64,000 nt of DNA from Pseudogymnoascus verrucosus (lineage: Eukaryota): the NCBI GenBank assembly GCA_001662655.1, contig KV460206.1; one strand, 5' to 3'. Positions within the stretch are counted from its first letter, which is position 1. Each line of letters starts with the position of its first letter. The notes beneath the pieces are model-generated. The model saw nothing but the letters and a program-made list of their open reading frames with translations. It was not told the DNA's origin and searched no databases. Shown here piece after piece: positions 12,966 through 27,157 of the stretch. The position numbers and the translations under genes were made by a program.

Positions 12966-13616
12966 GGTGATGGAATGGAAGATAACCGAAAGTGATCAAT
13001 ATTTAAATGCTGATAGGAAAGGTAAAGGCAAGCTTATTGGTATACAGAAGGGTTTAGAAAGAGCGAAATCCATATTACTTATACTTGATGTCCCCTCCAC
13101 CTACCTTGCCATATTGGGAAAGATGAAGCACTCATGGTCCTACTATGAGCACTCTGCTACCGATTATTCAATCAATTTCCCTCGCTTTGGACAAAACCTG
13201 CGCGTCCGAAACAGACTCTTGTTGGTGGAGGTTAACATTGCATATTGTTGGTGAAGTTAGTATTCGAAGGCCACGCTAGTCTCAATTAGGGAATTCTTGA
13301 TCAGGAATCATTGTGACAGGGGTAAGTGGGATCGCCAAACGAGACGTCGCATCAGGAACAACCCTCATATGGAACAGACGGAACGAGCACAAAGTGAGGG
13401 GATATGGCTTATCTGACACCGTAGTCTCAATAAAGACTGAGTTTAAATGGAATAGCCTCTTTATTTCCGTGAAGCGTTACTACACTATGAGAAGAGCTAT
13501 GTAACACAATTCAGACGGGAATTGACCAATCCCCGGTTCAATCCCCGATTCAATCCCCGATACTAAGTAGAACTCACGCACGCCCCAGCTTTTGTGTTCA
13601 AAATACCAACTAGCTT

Positions 13617-15014
13617 TTAAGAAGCCTGTCCAACTACCAGTGTATCGAATACCAGACCCTCAAAAGCCCCTTGTTCGACAACAGCGCCAAACCTATATCG
13701 GAGTTAATTCAGCAATCAAGCCTTCCTTACCACCATTGCTGGAGTGGAGTACGATAAACTTACCCATGGCAGCTAACTTCCTTTAGCAGCCTCTCTGTCA
13801 GGGCCCGCAATCTCTCCACCTCAATGCCCTGGGGACCCACGCGCTGCCTGATGTAATTCCACGCTTGAACTGGCGTGACCTCGCCATCTAGTACCAAACC
13901 CTGAGATAGGTTCAAGAGCCGTTCAAGCCCAGAAGCGGGTGCCTCCCAGGGCGTGGTGGTGCAGATGTGGGGACCTGTAGCTATGCTGGGAGCTCTGAAG
14001 AGGAGAGGCGCAGAGACTGTGAGAACGTGGCCACTGGGGGCTTCTGGGTCGTCGGGATTTCCTTGCATATGACCGAGACAGGGACTCTCCAGGCTGTAGT
14101 CGAGTATATTAGATACAGAGTGGCTGGGGATCTCTGTCCGAAGGGGGACATGGGGGAACTAACGTTAATACAAATTCTACCCCGATACTCTCCATGTCGA
14201 TGTCAGCGGTGCTCTCGGGGCTTGTCACAGACTGTCCCGATTCGTAGGCATTGGGAGACGACAATACCCCTCCAGAGGCAGCTGAGTAGCAATTAGCGGG
14301 CGAGAAGACGTAAACAGGGTGCCTTCTAACTTACGAGATTGAAAGCTGCTAGTGACATTCGATGCCTGGCTATCTTCTCTATGAAAAACACGCTGAGCCC
14401 CGCCTGTAGGAGGGGCTGCGGGTAAATGAGATCCGTCGTTGCGGTGCCTTGTATCTGCCGCTGAGTGACCCACGTGTATCTGTGGTCCTATGCTGCCTTG
14501 CCGGATACTCACCACGGAGTTGGTGGGGAATGCGGTAGATCCATACTCTGCCAGGCCTGATGCACCCACGATGGGCAACTGGACACCAAGTTCGGTGAGG
14601 ACGCTCTTAAGTTGGTCAATCTCTGCGTACAGGCTCCGGGTTTCCTGCAGTAAGTTGGCTTCGTTGGTGCGTAGCAGTAGTACCTCTGTTTCTAGCGACT
14701 TCATGTAAATTTCTTTGCGCTCGCGATGTGTCCTGTAATTGATCAGATTTCAGCTCTATTGGGCACCACCGCAGCAGTAACCCTCTTGAGTACCGTCTAG
14801 CACGCGAATCACAATCCACGCGAAGTCCAGCCGCTAGGGACATGGAGTGATGACATCTGGGGACATACCGTTGAGCTTTCCGAACTTGCTCTCTCCGCTT
14901 CGAGGAAACAGCTTGCTTGTCACTTGATGATGACCCTTGCTCTCCTCCCGAATCTGATGTGATATTCTCAGTATGTGTGCCGCCCAGTGATACGAATATT
15001 TCCCATTCACACAT
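13617..15014 (-). CDS. bZIP transcription factor, multi-exon
   Basis: Splicing intron 14733-14868 gives basic region KRREQVRKAQRTHRERKEIYMKSLE followed by a leucine zipper. C-terminal segment GEVTPVQAW...CHG|FGAVVE ends at TAA 13617-13619. The start and the middle exons are approximate. Confidence 0.8.
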
Positions 15015-15651
15015 GAGGGTTAGATAGTCGGATTAAATACCGAGAAGGTATTAAAACAGAAGAGGCTAAAAGGCAATGAATCGAGGCATATCCCAAGTAG
15101 CCACACATGGGATCCTCCCTCATGCCTGCCACGACCACGGTGTAGGAAGTAAGTAACGTACCTTTTGACGGCCGGAACGTGCGGAATGAAAACTTCTTCA
15201 TGTTGAATCTAGATTGCGGGCTATCAATTCGAAAACAAACAGGGACAAGGGACCAACTCTTTCCTTGGCCTTTGTTATGAACAAAAGATAATGTGGCTGC
15301 TCTGCTTACGTTCTAAGAGGAGCTGAGTATGGGAGGCTTAGTAAGCGCGAACGAGGCCGGTTTAAGTCGCGGAGTTCACCGAAAGATCGCCTGTTGTAAA
15401 TATAATCGACTAAAGAACTACTGGAAGAAGTTATTGGTGTCACCTTTGAGTAAATTATCGATTTAAACATCATCTGTATTTGGCAGTGCGGAAGCGTGAC
15501 CCTGGCACCCGGGGTTGAAACGCTAAAGGTTCCAAGAGCAGTGGATGTGGACCTGGCTAACGCCATTTGAATTGAGTATATCTCTGCCTACTATGAACGA
15601 TATTTCCCCATATGTTTTCCCTATCAAAAATCCCTCCGAAGTATATCATCT

Positions 15652-18312
15652 CTACCTATACCCCCCGTTGGGGCCACCATGCACCTCGATTCTCTCAACC
15701 CTCTCGATTCTCTCGACCTTATCAAACCGCTTCACTTCATCTCCCACTCTCTTCACGCATAGCTCCTCGCAGAATTCGCCCCACGCACCCTTCGTCCCCT
15801 CTCGTACTGCCTCTTGAAGCTCCTTGCCGTATCGGTTCCGGTATTCTCTCTTGATGGCTTCCATATGAGGTCGGTCCCAGTGGTATCGAACTAGGCGCGA
15901 AATAAGGAGGTCGACACGCAAGCTGTCAGACTTGGTGAGAGTGAGCGCATGGTGCAGTAACAACGTGTCGCGGACAGGGCGGTTAATGATGCCGTTCAGT
16001 ATATGTGCCAGCATTTCGCCCTGGGTGAGTGTTAGCTTCTATCTTCAATTAATAGCCAGCGGGATAGTACATACCACCAAGTTCCCACTCTTCTTCAGCA
16101 TCTCTCTCGCGAAATTCGAGCGAAATGAAGCCTCATAAACGCGTAATATCTCACGGATATGACTGTCAGACCTCTGTACGACAATCCCAATCATCACGCT
16201 CTCACCACCTCGCTCCGACTTAATGGCACGATTCAAGTCTCTGACATCCTGCTCTACTAAGGAGCGGTCGAGCGACCGGCCCGGGCGCTCATCCATTCTC
16301 TTCTCCTCCAGCACCATCATGACTGCCTTTTTGAATTTATCTTCCTTGAGCTCCTGCTTCATGCAACGGGTCAGGCTGTCGGAGTACTTCTTATCACGGA
16401 AAGCCTCTTTGATTTGACGGATCTCGGCGTTGGTCCTTCCCATCAAACTCTCGATCAGCAGCTCTCTACTGGTTTGCGAGCCCTGGTAGTACGAGTTTGC
16501 CCAGTACGCTTCGGACTCCCACCGACCCAGCGCAGTGGCGTAGCAGGCCTTGAGGAAGAACTTATCCTCCTTTAGACGCACCTTGATGTGCTTTGCGATA
16601 TTCACACCTTTCATGTCAGGTGTCTTGACTTGCTTCTTGTACTCGGCGCGGAGATCAAGAATCTGCTCATGAGTGAGCGCGGGAAGAATCTCAATAAAGG
16701 GCCGCGGATCAGGGTAGGCCTTTGACTTCGTCTCACGAAGCGCCTTTTTCAAGATCGAGGCTTCATTCTCGAGATCATGGAACCGCGCGTGTCTGCGCTT
16801 GGAGGTAGGTGAGGCAGGTGGTGCAATCTCTAAGATATCCACGTCTGCATTGTCAGCATACGGCTTGGACGTAATCGTGAGAGGCCCCATGGACTGGTAA
16901 GTTCCCTTGTATGCTTCCAACATGGGCGAACCAGGGGCGTTTGCTAGAGAGGCACCGACGCCAGCAGCGGCTGCGACACCAAGCATGCCGGCTCCAAGTC
17001 CACCTGGCCCGAAGTTGGATGAAGCTCGGTTTCTTCGACCAGGCTCTACTGTAACGACCTGAGTCTGACCAGGACCATTTACGGGGGCCCTCGGGTCAGG
17101 CTGGCGGCTTGATGACGGCGGTGCATATGGCCTGTCATAAGCTGGCCTGCCGTAAGCATTAGGTTCGGGGTTTGCCGTGTATGATTCGGTCTTGCTTGTG
17201 TAGGTAATCTTCTCCTCAGGGTGAGCATACTCCCACCTCTTCGGCTCGGCATACCTCGATGAATCCGTTGTGGTGGTAACAAGCGCAACTTCGTTATACT
17301 TTGGCGACTCGTGGTGGTGCTTGTGCTTCTCGCGCTTCCTCACTGTTGTATCGTAATGGTCGTGCTTGATCTCAAAGTCAATATCTATCCTTCGATCGCC
17401 AATTGGGCCATCCTGCTCGTCGCTATCATCGCTATCCGAGTCCGAGTCTTTGTCTTTGTCGTCCCAGTATTTCGGATTCCCTCCTCTCTGACTGGGGTCT
17501 GCAGTTACGTATTTCGGCTTGGCGTCTCGCTCTGGAGCGGAGTACTTTGGCTGTTGGGGTGCAGCTGGCGCAGCTGGCGCAACTGGCGCAGCATATTTCG
17601 GTTGTGGAGGAGAATCGGGAGCTGCGTACTTGGGCCGTCGCGGTGGACTTTCGTCGTCGTCGTAGTATTTGCGCGGCTTGTACGCTTCTGGCTCGTCGTA
17701 TTTGGATTTTGATGGAGGGCTCTCATCCTTGTACCGCGACTTTGGTTTGCGCTCTGGTTCAGGTTCTGCATACCGCGGTTTGCGCTCTGGCTCAGGTTCC
17801 GCATACCGCGGCTTGTACGCCGGGCTCACATCCCTCTTGTATCGACTCTCAGGTTCAGGGTCCGCATAGCGCGGCTTATCGCGGGGCGGCGGGCTGTCAT
17901 CTCGCCTGCTCAGGGACGAGCCCTTGTCGCCGTAGTAATCCTTCTCCTTCTTGCCATATTTACTAATTTTGGGATCCTCCTCATCGTCGCTGAACCCGCC
18001 GGGCATCGCGAAGCTAGCTGTCTTTTTATGCGACGCGGGAGGGCGGTATGGAGCCTCGGCGTACCGCGGGCCGTCGTCTCTGTCGCGGGGCTCCCGCGGA
18101 GCGCGCGCCGAGCTCCTATCGTCATAGTCATAGGGGTCTCCGCGCTTGCGATCGCGGTGGTCGTCGTCGTCGTCGTCGTCGTCGTAGTATCGCGAGCTTT
18201 TGGGCTCAGCGTAGCGGGATGATCGAGGTGGAGAGTAGTCATCTGGTGGGGAAGGTGCACGACCCGGGGACTTAGAAATGCGACGCCGCCGCTCCTCTGG
18301 GTTTAGAGACAT
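15652..18312 (-). CDS. Fungal annexin (ANXC4-like) with long low-complexity N-terminus
   Basis: C-terminal annexin repeats (LLIESLMGRTNAEIRQIKEAF, DLLISRLVRYHW, AIKREYRNRYGKEL..AV...TKG); intron at ~16021-16074. Confidence 0.85.
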
Positions 18313-18746
18313 TGTCGGGGACGAAACTCGATCGCTCACATCAGTGTCGTCAATTAAGGGCGCAATGAGAGGGTTTGCCCATCCGCGGAATTGAATATGG
18401 AGGTTGGTAAGGTTGAGCCAGCTTACTGTCAGGGCAAGAATGGGTTCAGTATGGGGGGGGTTGGGGTTTCATGCACAGACCTGATCCTTACACCCATATG
18501 TGGGATAGTGCGGTTTCTTGTTCTCAGCTTGCATGCAATGCAATGTAAACAATTGGTGTATTAATAGATAACTGCATTTGGATCTGGGCGCGAAGCTGGA
18601 ATATTTGTGACCACTATTCACTATTTATTCACTATTCGAGGACAATAATGCATTAATGTATACAAAGGATCAAGAGTATAACTGGCTGATGCTGCTGTGC
18701 TCGTTTTGTTATCCTAAAAATACATTAAATGCATATCATATGGTAT

Positions 18747-20251
18747 CTAATAATCCTCCCAGTGCCGGCGTATGATCGGCCTCGCCGGGTCCCATGGCCC
18801 ATGTATCTCATTCTTATACCTCTGGAGCCCAATTAACCACCAACTACATCCCCCCATAGCCAGGCCTGCGATGAGGTTCCCTAGCGTCATCCCGACAACA
18901 GCTGCCTTCCATCCCCCGCGAGTAACCACCATCCCAACTCCCCCACCGGCCCCCATTACAAGAAGTGCCGTAAGAGCGACGTGCCAGCGCCAAGACACGT
19001 GGCGCAAGTGTCTGCGAAAGACGGGGAACAGTCCAAAGACTTCGATCGAGAAGAGCGTAAGAGAGAAGACGTGCTGGGTGGATGGGAGGCGCGAGGCAAG
19101 CACAGTCGATGCCATGAGAGCGGCATTTGTGGAGAGGGAGGCCTGGAACTTCACGCCGACATTGCCGCCGTAGTCGAAAAAGAAAACATTAATTATCATC
19201 AACCACGTGCTGAGCGCCCAAATCGAATCGCTCGACGTCGACCGTGTTAGGGATTTGAGGATAGGGCTGAGCCCGAGGAGTGCGCAATAGATAAGGACAG
19301 CGGATTTCGCAGTCGCTAGTCGCTGTTGATTTCGCGGGGAGAAGGATGACCTTGAGCCATAGGGGGCAACGGGGCTGTAAGTTACAAAAGTAGATGATCC
19401 GTTGGGTTGGCCAACTATAGGGGATGTGGTGGAGGTCTGAGAGTGGAGGGATGAGGCACTGGCACTGTGCGAATGTCGTGGGCTGAGTGGCAACGCTGCG
19501 AGGCCAGGTCCAGCCCCTTGTGGCTTGGTATCACTCTTGACAGCGCCCGAAACTGAGCTCGCTATAGACGGCCCATCAATGGGACGCGGTGGATGATTGG
19601 GGCGAGAGACTGATTGCTGTTCTTGCCCAACCCATCTGTCCCACGCTACCCAACCGAGAACTGTGCTGAGTGTGCCTGTCCCAACAACGGTGACAGGAGA
19701 AACTCTTTCTTGGAAGATCCCCACAAAGCAGACAATGAAGATTATCACGGAACAGACCTGCTGGACGATGACGGTCGAGTCTGCGACAAGTGGCCAGAAG
19801 TCGTATGGTTGAAGCCGTGGGTTTCGCTGAAGGTGCTCGAGGAATGTTTCTTGGTCGGTGTAATTATCGGGATCTATGAGGGTCAGCGCATGATCTGGCG
19901 ATAGTCACAATTGAGAGACAAACAGGACTGCTTCACCCAGAGCAGCTTCTTCCAAATAACCTTCCGCCTCCTGCTGCTGCTCATCCTCTCCTTATTCCTC
20001 CCGCGCCGGTGACCCCTCGAACTGTCATCTCCTGTCGTGTCGCCGTTGGACATGCGCAGATTCGCCTTGTCCGCTGCCCCCCTCCTATGCGGTGGCGACC
20101 CGAGATATATTGCATCTTCAGGCGCGAGAAGCGTTCTGTCGGTAGGAGCGGACCATGTGCGCGGGGGTATGGGAAGAGTAGCGCTGCGCGTTGGCGGAGG
20201 GAATTTGGTGGGCGTAGTTGGGGAGATGGGGGATGGTTCGTGAGGCATCAT
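18747..20251 (-). CDS. GPI2: GPI-GlcNAc transferase subunit GPI2/PIG-C
   Basis: WKKLLWVKQS|YPDNYTDQETFL across an intron at ~19874-19923; LSPILKSLTRSTSSDSIW, LSTNAALMASTVLASRL, YKNEIHGPWD. Confidence 0.93.
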
Positions 20252-20459
20252 ATTGATGCAGGTAGTGCTATCGATATCTCATATTCGTGGTCACGTAGGT
20301 CGTTGTCGATGGTAGACGAATGATATGATGGGAGTTGTTGGATTGAATTGCGAGGCGCCAAGCCATATTAATATGTGTTCACCAGCTCCTCCCCCTACGT
20401 AGCTGCCTCAGCCTCGCCACCAGTTTGTTCAGCCTTGCCAGTTCACAACCCGGAATAGC

Positions 20460-20780
20460 ACGTGTTTAAGTATGAATATTTATTGCATACTTATAATAAC
20501 TATAATAATTACCACTTTCACAATAAATGTGATATTACTATGGTAAGAGTAGAGGAGACAAGCCAAGCAAGTAGCTCCTTCGCGTACGTAAGTGAAGCGC
20601 TGTACTATCCATATATAGATAGCATAGTCACATTTATATATCTCATAAATAGTATGGTACAGAGTATGGTATATGGCAAGAGGAGACAAGCCAAGCACCT
20701 ATATAAATGTACGTAAGTGCATACAACTAGTAGAGAAATATATGTATAATCCAAGCAATTCCAGATTCTAGAGCTATAGC
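20460..20780. repeat. AT/TpA-rich relic with internal direct duplication, probable RIP-mutated repeat
   Basis: agaggagacaagccaagca occurs at 20551 and 20679, each followed by gtacgtaagtg; TA-rich with no credible ORF. Confidence 0.45.
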
Positions 20781-21626
20781 TGATGCTCCCCAGGTTCTTA
20801 TTTCCCCACAGGAGCTTGCTTGTATGGTGCCTCGACACTGTTCAGCCCTTATACTGCCGCCTAGCCACGAAAAGTCAGGGACCGAGCCGAGGTGAGCCCT
20901 GTCGTCGTACCTTGGTATGATATGACCCTTGATCGTCCTAATATTCTTTGTTTTGGCTTTAGTAGAGAACGGCGGCTCTTCCACAGATCGCTTTTCGGTA
21001 GCTACCATATCAAACTGAGTAAGCTACCGGCGGAATAAAGGACGAAAGAAGAGAAAGTAGAGAAGAAAAGACGTGTCTATGGAACATTATTAATCCCCAG
21101 CCTCGGACTGACTTAACGAGGTCGACATATTTATGCATATTATGGAAATTATGAGCGGTTTTGCCTCGGGTGCGGCGCCAAGCACGGTAGGAGACGGGGA
21201 ACGGTGGGGAAGGATGGAGTCGTCGTTCTCCAAGCGACCTCTATTTGCCTCGGGTAGAGCTCTGTCAGTGCATTTACCCCGCAAAACAGAGTCAGTGTAA
21301 AATACTCGCCGACGCTCCAGCCAATAATGAAACCCCAAGCTCTCCTCAAATGGATCTAGTCGAATGGGGAGACTGCTATTCATATGATCCCTCCTCGGCA
21401 CGTGCAGGGGGGGTATTATACATAACCAAGACCAAGAAGGAGCGTCAAGAAGAAGAAAGGACTCTACTGCAACTCTGTCCCTAGCATCTGAAAACCTCAC
21501 CCTTGAGGCTTGCTGCTGTCAACTGTTATTTGTTACCTCTGCGGGCGTTATTATTTGCGCGCGCGAAGGAAAGACGAGCCACGCGACAATACAGACACCC
21601 CCAGTGTTCTCACATTAACCGCCAAA

Positions 21627-23531
21627 ATGGACAAGAAGCTACTCAAAGCGTTCATCGCGCAACAGGAGCTCGCATCCGTCGCGGTCTTGACCCCGGATTA
21701 TGACAAAAGTGATCACTCAGCTTCGCGGAAGAGCCATGCGAATGCGGCTGTTGTAATCATCGGCGCGGGTATCTCAGGTACGTTGCAGGGTGTACAAATG
21801 GACCTGAGACAAGGCAGGTACTGACTACTCTCAAGGAATGTGCATGGCCATCGATATGATCCGAAAGAACAAATCGAGAGATTTCATAATTCTCGAGAGG
21901 GGAAGCCAGGTTGGGGGGACTTGGGCTGATAATAAATACCCAGGAGCATGTTGCGATGGTAAGGACCTTGAATAGAGTGCTGACGAGGCGCATTGCTGAC
22001 AACTGCCCCAGTTTGGAGCCACTTATATTCTTACTCGTTCGAACCCAACCCAAACTGGTCGCGCCAATACCCTGGCCAGGAGGAGATCTATGCCTACCTC
22101 GTCGGTGTCGCAGAGAAATGGGGCTTGTTCAAGCATATCCGATTCAACACGTCTGTTGACGAGGCAGTCTGGTCGGACAAGGAGAGCAAATGGACGGTTA
22201 ATGTCAGCGTCTCAGGCGAGAAGTCGGCACAATACGGCGCTGCGTACTCGATTAAGAGCGATTTCCTCGCCTCTGGTGTAGGCCAGCTGAACACCCCGCA
22301 ATACCCTGACATCGAAGGGCTGGATACCTTCGAGGGCAAGATGTTGCATTCCGCGAGATGGGACTGGAGTATCGACCTTGAAGGCAAGAAGATCGGGATT
22401 ATTGGCAACGGCGCTACTGCCGCACAGATCATCCCGGAGGTGTCCAAGGTGTGCAAGAATTTAACGATATTCCAGAGGACGCCGAACTGGGTCGTTCCTC
22501 GTGCCGACGAGGTTCTTGGCCCAATCATTCGGTCAGCGTTTAAATACGTACCTGGCCTACGCGCGCGATACAGAGCTATCCTCATGGATGTTAGAGAAAA
22601 CTTCTTCGACTCGAATATGCGAAAGAATACGGAAGAGAACGACCACGTGCGCGAGTGGGCCATTTCTCTGTTGAAGAAACAGATTCCTGGCCGGCCCGAT
22701 CTGTGGGAGAAGCTTACGCCAAATTACTCCCCTGGCTGCAAGAGAATCCTGATGACCGATAATTTACTTCCTTCTTTGGCTCAGCCGCAAGTCTTCATTG
22801 AGACGACGCCCATCCAGCGCATCACACCCGCAGGTGTTGAGGTGGAGGGGAAGCTACACGAGTTTGACATTCTCATCCTCGCGACCGGTTTCCGCGCAAC
22901 TGAATTCATGTACCCAATCAAGATTCGCGGTGCCGACGGCCGCTCCCTCGAAGACATCTGGAGGGGTGGTGCGCGCGCCTTCCGCGGCGTGACGGTCGAG
23001 TCTCTACCTAACTTCGGCATGACATACGGACCAAACACGAATCTCGGACACACGTCCATTATCCTGATGATTGAGGCACAGTCGCGGTACATCAGCAGTA
23101 TGATTGGGAAGGTGCTCAAGGCCAAGAGCCTCGGAAAGCAAATAGCCATCAAGCCGCGACCAGAGGTGGTGCAGGCTTACAACGACATGGTCCAGGAGAG
23201 GATGAAGGACTTGACGTTCTCCGACTCGAGCTGCAAAAGTTGGTACAAGACTGGAGACGGCCTGGTCACCAACAACTGGTGCGGAACTGTCGTCGAGTAC
23301 CAGAAGAGGCTGTCGCAAATCGACTGGGTTGGCGAGTACGACATCTCTGGATCGGGTAGCGACGTGGCTGTGAAGCGTGGCAAGGAGAACATCGGAAGAG
23401 TTGTGGAGGAGACCGTGGTTCCTGTGATTGCGATTACGACCTATGTGACTCTGGCGGCAGCACTTACCCTGGGCTACAAGGCGGCATCGAAGTCGCCGGC
23501 TGTGCAGAAGTTTGTTGCGAACTTGTTTTGA
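21627..23531 (+). CDS. Baeyer-Villiger-type flavin monooxygenase (class B)
   Basis: GAGISG, GGTW..NKYPG..CD, fingerprint FEGKMLHSARWD, GNGATA, QRTPNW, ATGF; two 5' introns; hydrophobic C-terminal tail. Confidence 0.93.
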
Positions 23532-25281
23532 TCATAGGTGGTGGTGTAGGCAATAGTTAATTTCCCAACTTCCTGAGATATGTAGATTATTTTTGTGTTA
23601 TTCGCTGTGTGCTTTGACACTTCGACGAGGGAAGCAATTGATAGACTTTAAGACACTGAAGCAAGCTTTATTTGTGGCTTGTGACTGCCGATACCCCGCA
23701 TGAACTTCTGATCCCCTTAACTGCCGACCTTTGATATGGTTGTCGTAATTGGCAATGCTCGACAAAAGTTTGGTATCAAGCCTCAGAAACATAACTGACT
23801 TACAGCCGAGGTCATCATCCTTGCTACAAAAAGGGAAGAGTCTCTATTTGAAACCAAAATAAAGGCTCAGTAGGAAGATCTTTGCCATGGGTATTTCTAC
23901 TGCATTATCCGGGGTAGTAGCCGGTGAGACCAAAGTTCAGCAAGGTTTTGAATTGTGATATTATTGGCCGTCCGTGACGTGGAATCGTGTAGAGTTATTC
24001 TGGCTGCACTGTTCATGCCACTGAAGTCTTCAGCGGGCAAATAATGATGTTAATGGAGTCTATATGTGAAGCTATTCAGATACAATTGTGAGAACTCTGT
24101 GGTCTCCTCCAAGTCTCATATTTTGATATCCGCCACGCACGTGCTTGGCATCCTTATTACCCGTACACCCCGCAAACACCCCATCCTAACAGAATTGCGC
24201 TAGGCCCGGGTATGCCCCCCGCATACTGATGTAGCCCCGGTTATAACAATTCCATTATTGGAGTAAGATGCGGGTCATGGCAATCCCAATGAAGGTAAAC
24301 TCAAAAATCACCTGAAGTTTCGTGTGTGGCACACGGATATCGTTACGTGAACCCAGCTGCTAGCTGCCCCTTTTGAGCTCTTATCTGCTCCGTGTGAAAC
24401 CTGCAGGCACGCAATAGTTGCCCCGTTTTTATTTACCAGGGATAAGCATTATGTGATAACGACCACCATCCAGTAAGGTGTACCTAACTACGAGATAACA
24501 CTGATCCCCCCCAGTAAGATTCTGTCACGGCATACGAGTACGAAAACTTTAGTTTGTTATGCCGAACCCACTAACCTTATAGTAAGTAGGTCCGGCAATT
24601 CCCTGTCGGACACTGACGCCCAAAGCCAAGTTTGGTTAAAGTCGCCAAGTTTGTCTATTGGAGTCTCACTCCCCCCTACAGGTGAAAATAGAACGACTAA
24701 GGCCTTATAGGAACAGTTTGTTTACTGGTACCTGTTTCCGTTACCCGCAACCGAGATGGATTTGATAGTTCAGGCACGCGAATGCGATAGCTCGCAAGAC
24801 GTCAGTGACATATGACATGTCGCCTTAAATAGGTTGGCGAGGCTGTCGAGGTGGAGCCTCTACCTCTTTAACTTTGAGCCTGACCATAAGGGCCTATCCA
24901 AGATAGGCAATCCCCTATGTCGGGAAGCCCTTATATTTAGGGAAGGGCTGCCGAAGTAAGACCCCCCGCTTGCTCAGCTGTGATTATAACCATGTAGCCC
25001 CACCTCTCACTCAGCTGTGATCATAACCATTAGGCCCTATTCAAGATGATCGTCCGAGCAAGGAACTCATCCCCGGAATATATGTGAGTTTACATTCCGG
25101 AAAACGCTGCCGAGGCGAAGCCCTCTTCTTCATCGCTTGTGATCGTGCCATACAGACGTATCCGGGATGGGCGTTCTCCTATATTGGGGGGCTTTATATG
25201 GAGGGCGCCGCCCGCTGCGGAAGTGACAGGCAAGAATTTGTGGCGTTGAATCTCGTATATTTTCTCTCAATCACTTAAGCT

Positions 25282-26913
25282 ATGAGGTCCTCTACCAGCT
25301 TCGCTGCTGCGATTGGGATTCTTGCAGCGGCGCCTGCGCTTGCAGACATTTGTCAAACACTGAAGGCTTCCGGCCGAAATGTGGACAAGCCTTTCAGTCT
25401 CGCATACGAAACCGAACAGAACAACTACTGGTCAACAGCATGCGCAAGTCTTCGTCCGAGATGCATGCTCTCTCCGAACAGTACCCAAGAGGTGGCCGAC
25501 ATTGTTGCAGCGCTGCATGAGACCAATGACCAATTCGCTGTCAAGTCAGGAGGCCATATGCCCAACAATGGTTTTGCCAGTATTGCCAATGGGATTCTGA
25601 TCTCTACCCGAAACCTCGACCAGGTCGTATACGACCCTGATACTACAAACGTTGTTGTTGGTCCTGGTCTCAAATGGGAGGAGATCATTGAGGGTATTGA
25701 GCAGACCGGCCGCACTGTTGTCGGTGGGCGGATGGGCGCCGTTGGAGTTGGAGGATATCTTCTTGGAGGTGAGTTATATTGCACCAACTTCTCATTCGTT
25801 CCTGCTAACTTTTAAGTAGGGGGTCTCAGCTTCCTCAGTGCACAGTACGGATGGGGGGCGAACAACGTTGTCAATTATGAGATTGTCCTTGCAAACGCCA
25901 CCATTGTCAATGCCAATGCAACGGCAAACCAAGGTCAGCATGGGATCTTAAAACTGTCGAAATTTGCTAACAGGCTTCAGATCTCTTCGCATCCCTCAAG
26001 GGTGGTGGTAACAACTTCGGAATCGTGACAGCGTTCACAATCAAGACGCATCCACAGGCACACAAAGTCTGGGGCGGAAACTACATCATCGATGGTAGCA
26101 AGACTGACCAGGTGCTCGCCGCAATCCGTGATTTCACCGAATATAATCTGGATGATAAAGCCGCAATCATCGCGACTTCAGAACGTAGCACCCTCCTCAA
26201 CACCTGGATCTTGTTTCTGTTCTACGATGGTCTTGAGCCTCCGGCAGGAGTCTTCGATAACTTCACGCACATTGGACCCATACTCAAGACAACTAAGACA
26301 AGGAGTTACCTTGAGCTCGTAAAGTTTAACGACCAATTTATCTTGGAGGGTCAGCGATACGTTATTGCCACAGAAACGATGCCTCTCCCGAACAAGACTG
26401 AGGGTGCCGTAGTCATGAGGTCGATATATGACCACTGGACTGATGTTACCAAGTCAATCATCTTGGAGCCAGGACTGCTCAGTTCGATCGCTTTCCAGCC
26501 AATGCCGCGTTCAATCACGAGCAAGGCTAAGGCACTGGGAGGAGTAAGTACAATCTCAAAATAATAAAGATACGCTGTCTAACCGTGCCTTACAGGACTT
26601 GATGGACTTTGAGACGACCCACGACTACATCGTTATCGAACTTGACTTCTCCTACCTCTTCGCAAGCTCCGACACTGCAGTTGACGCAGCGACCCAGAAC
26701 TTGTACAGTGGCATGCGCAACATCGTTGACCAGCACGTGGATAACGGACTTCTTCCTGATATATACCGCCCATTGTTCATGAACGATGCGTATTTCAGAG
26801 AGGATTACTGGGGTAGATTGCGCACGGCCGAGAAGGCTCGCGTGGTCAGACACGCAGTTGATCCTGAGGGATTCTTCCAGACCAGAACTAGTGGAGGATT
26901 CAGGTTGTCGTGA
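25282..26913 (+). CDS. Secreted FAD-linked oxidase (VAO/PCMH, berberine-bridge-like)
   Basis: Signal peptide; FAVKSGGH flavinylation motif; VGVGGYLLGGG, LKGGGNNFGIVT, C-terminal VDPEGFF; three introns. Confidence 0.9.
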
Positions 26914-27157
26914 TTTTGAAATGTATATAATAGTGGATATCATAATGGAAACCGCACATAGCGTACGTATTACATATGGCAGCTAGAATATTTCCCGGGG
27001 GCGGAAGTTATATAAATTTATCAGCACGAATCAAGCTGCCCTATATCCCGTGTGCGGAGAATCAAGGAATTGAAATGTTTGTAATCGCCTGATTTTGATG
27101 GGGAGGAGGTGCATATAATGCCGGCCGTGTTTGATTTTACCCTGGTGAGAGGTGCAT

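Noticed and set aside
13527..13563. caatccccg repeated three times, resembling a tRNA T-arm
   Set aside because: No cloverleaf or acceptor stem; short tandem repeat in the bZIP 3' region.
17500..18190. PRYAEPEPE / PKYAAP repeats and (gtc)n tract as a separate repeat element
   Set aside because: Explained by the low-complexity N-terminus of the annexin coding sequence.
20727..21500. Short ORFs between GPI2 and the monooxygenase
   Set aside because: No motifs, and adjacent to a RIP-like relic.
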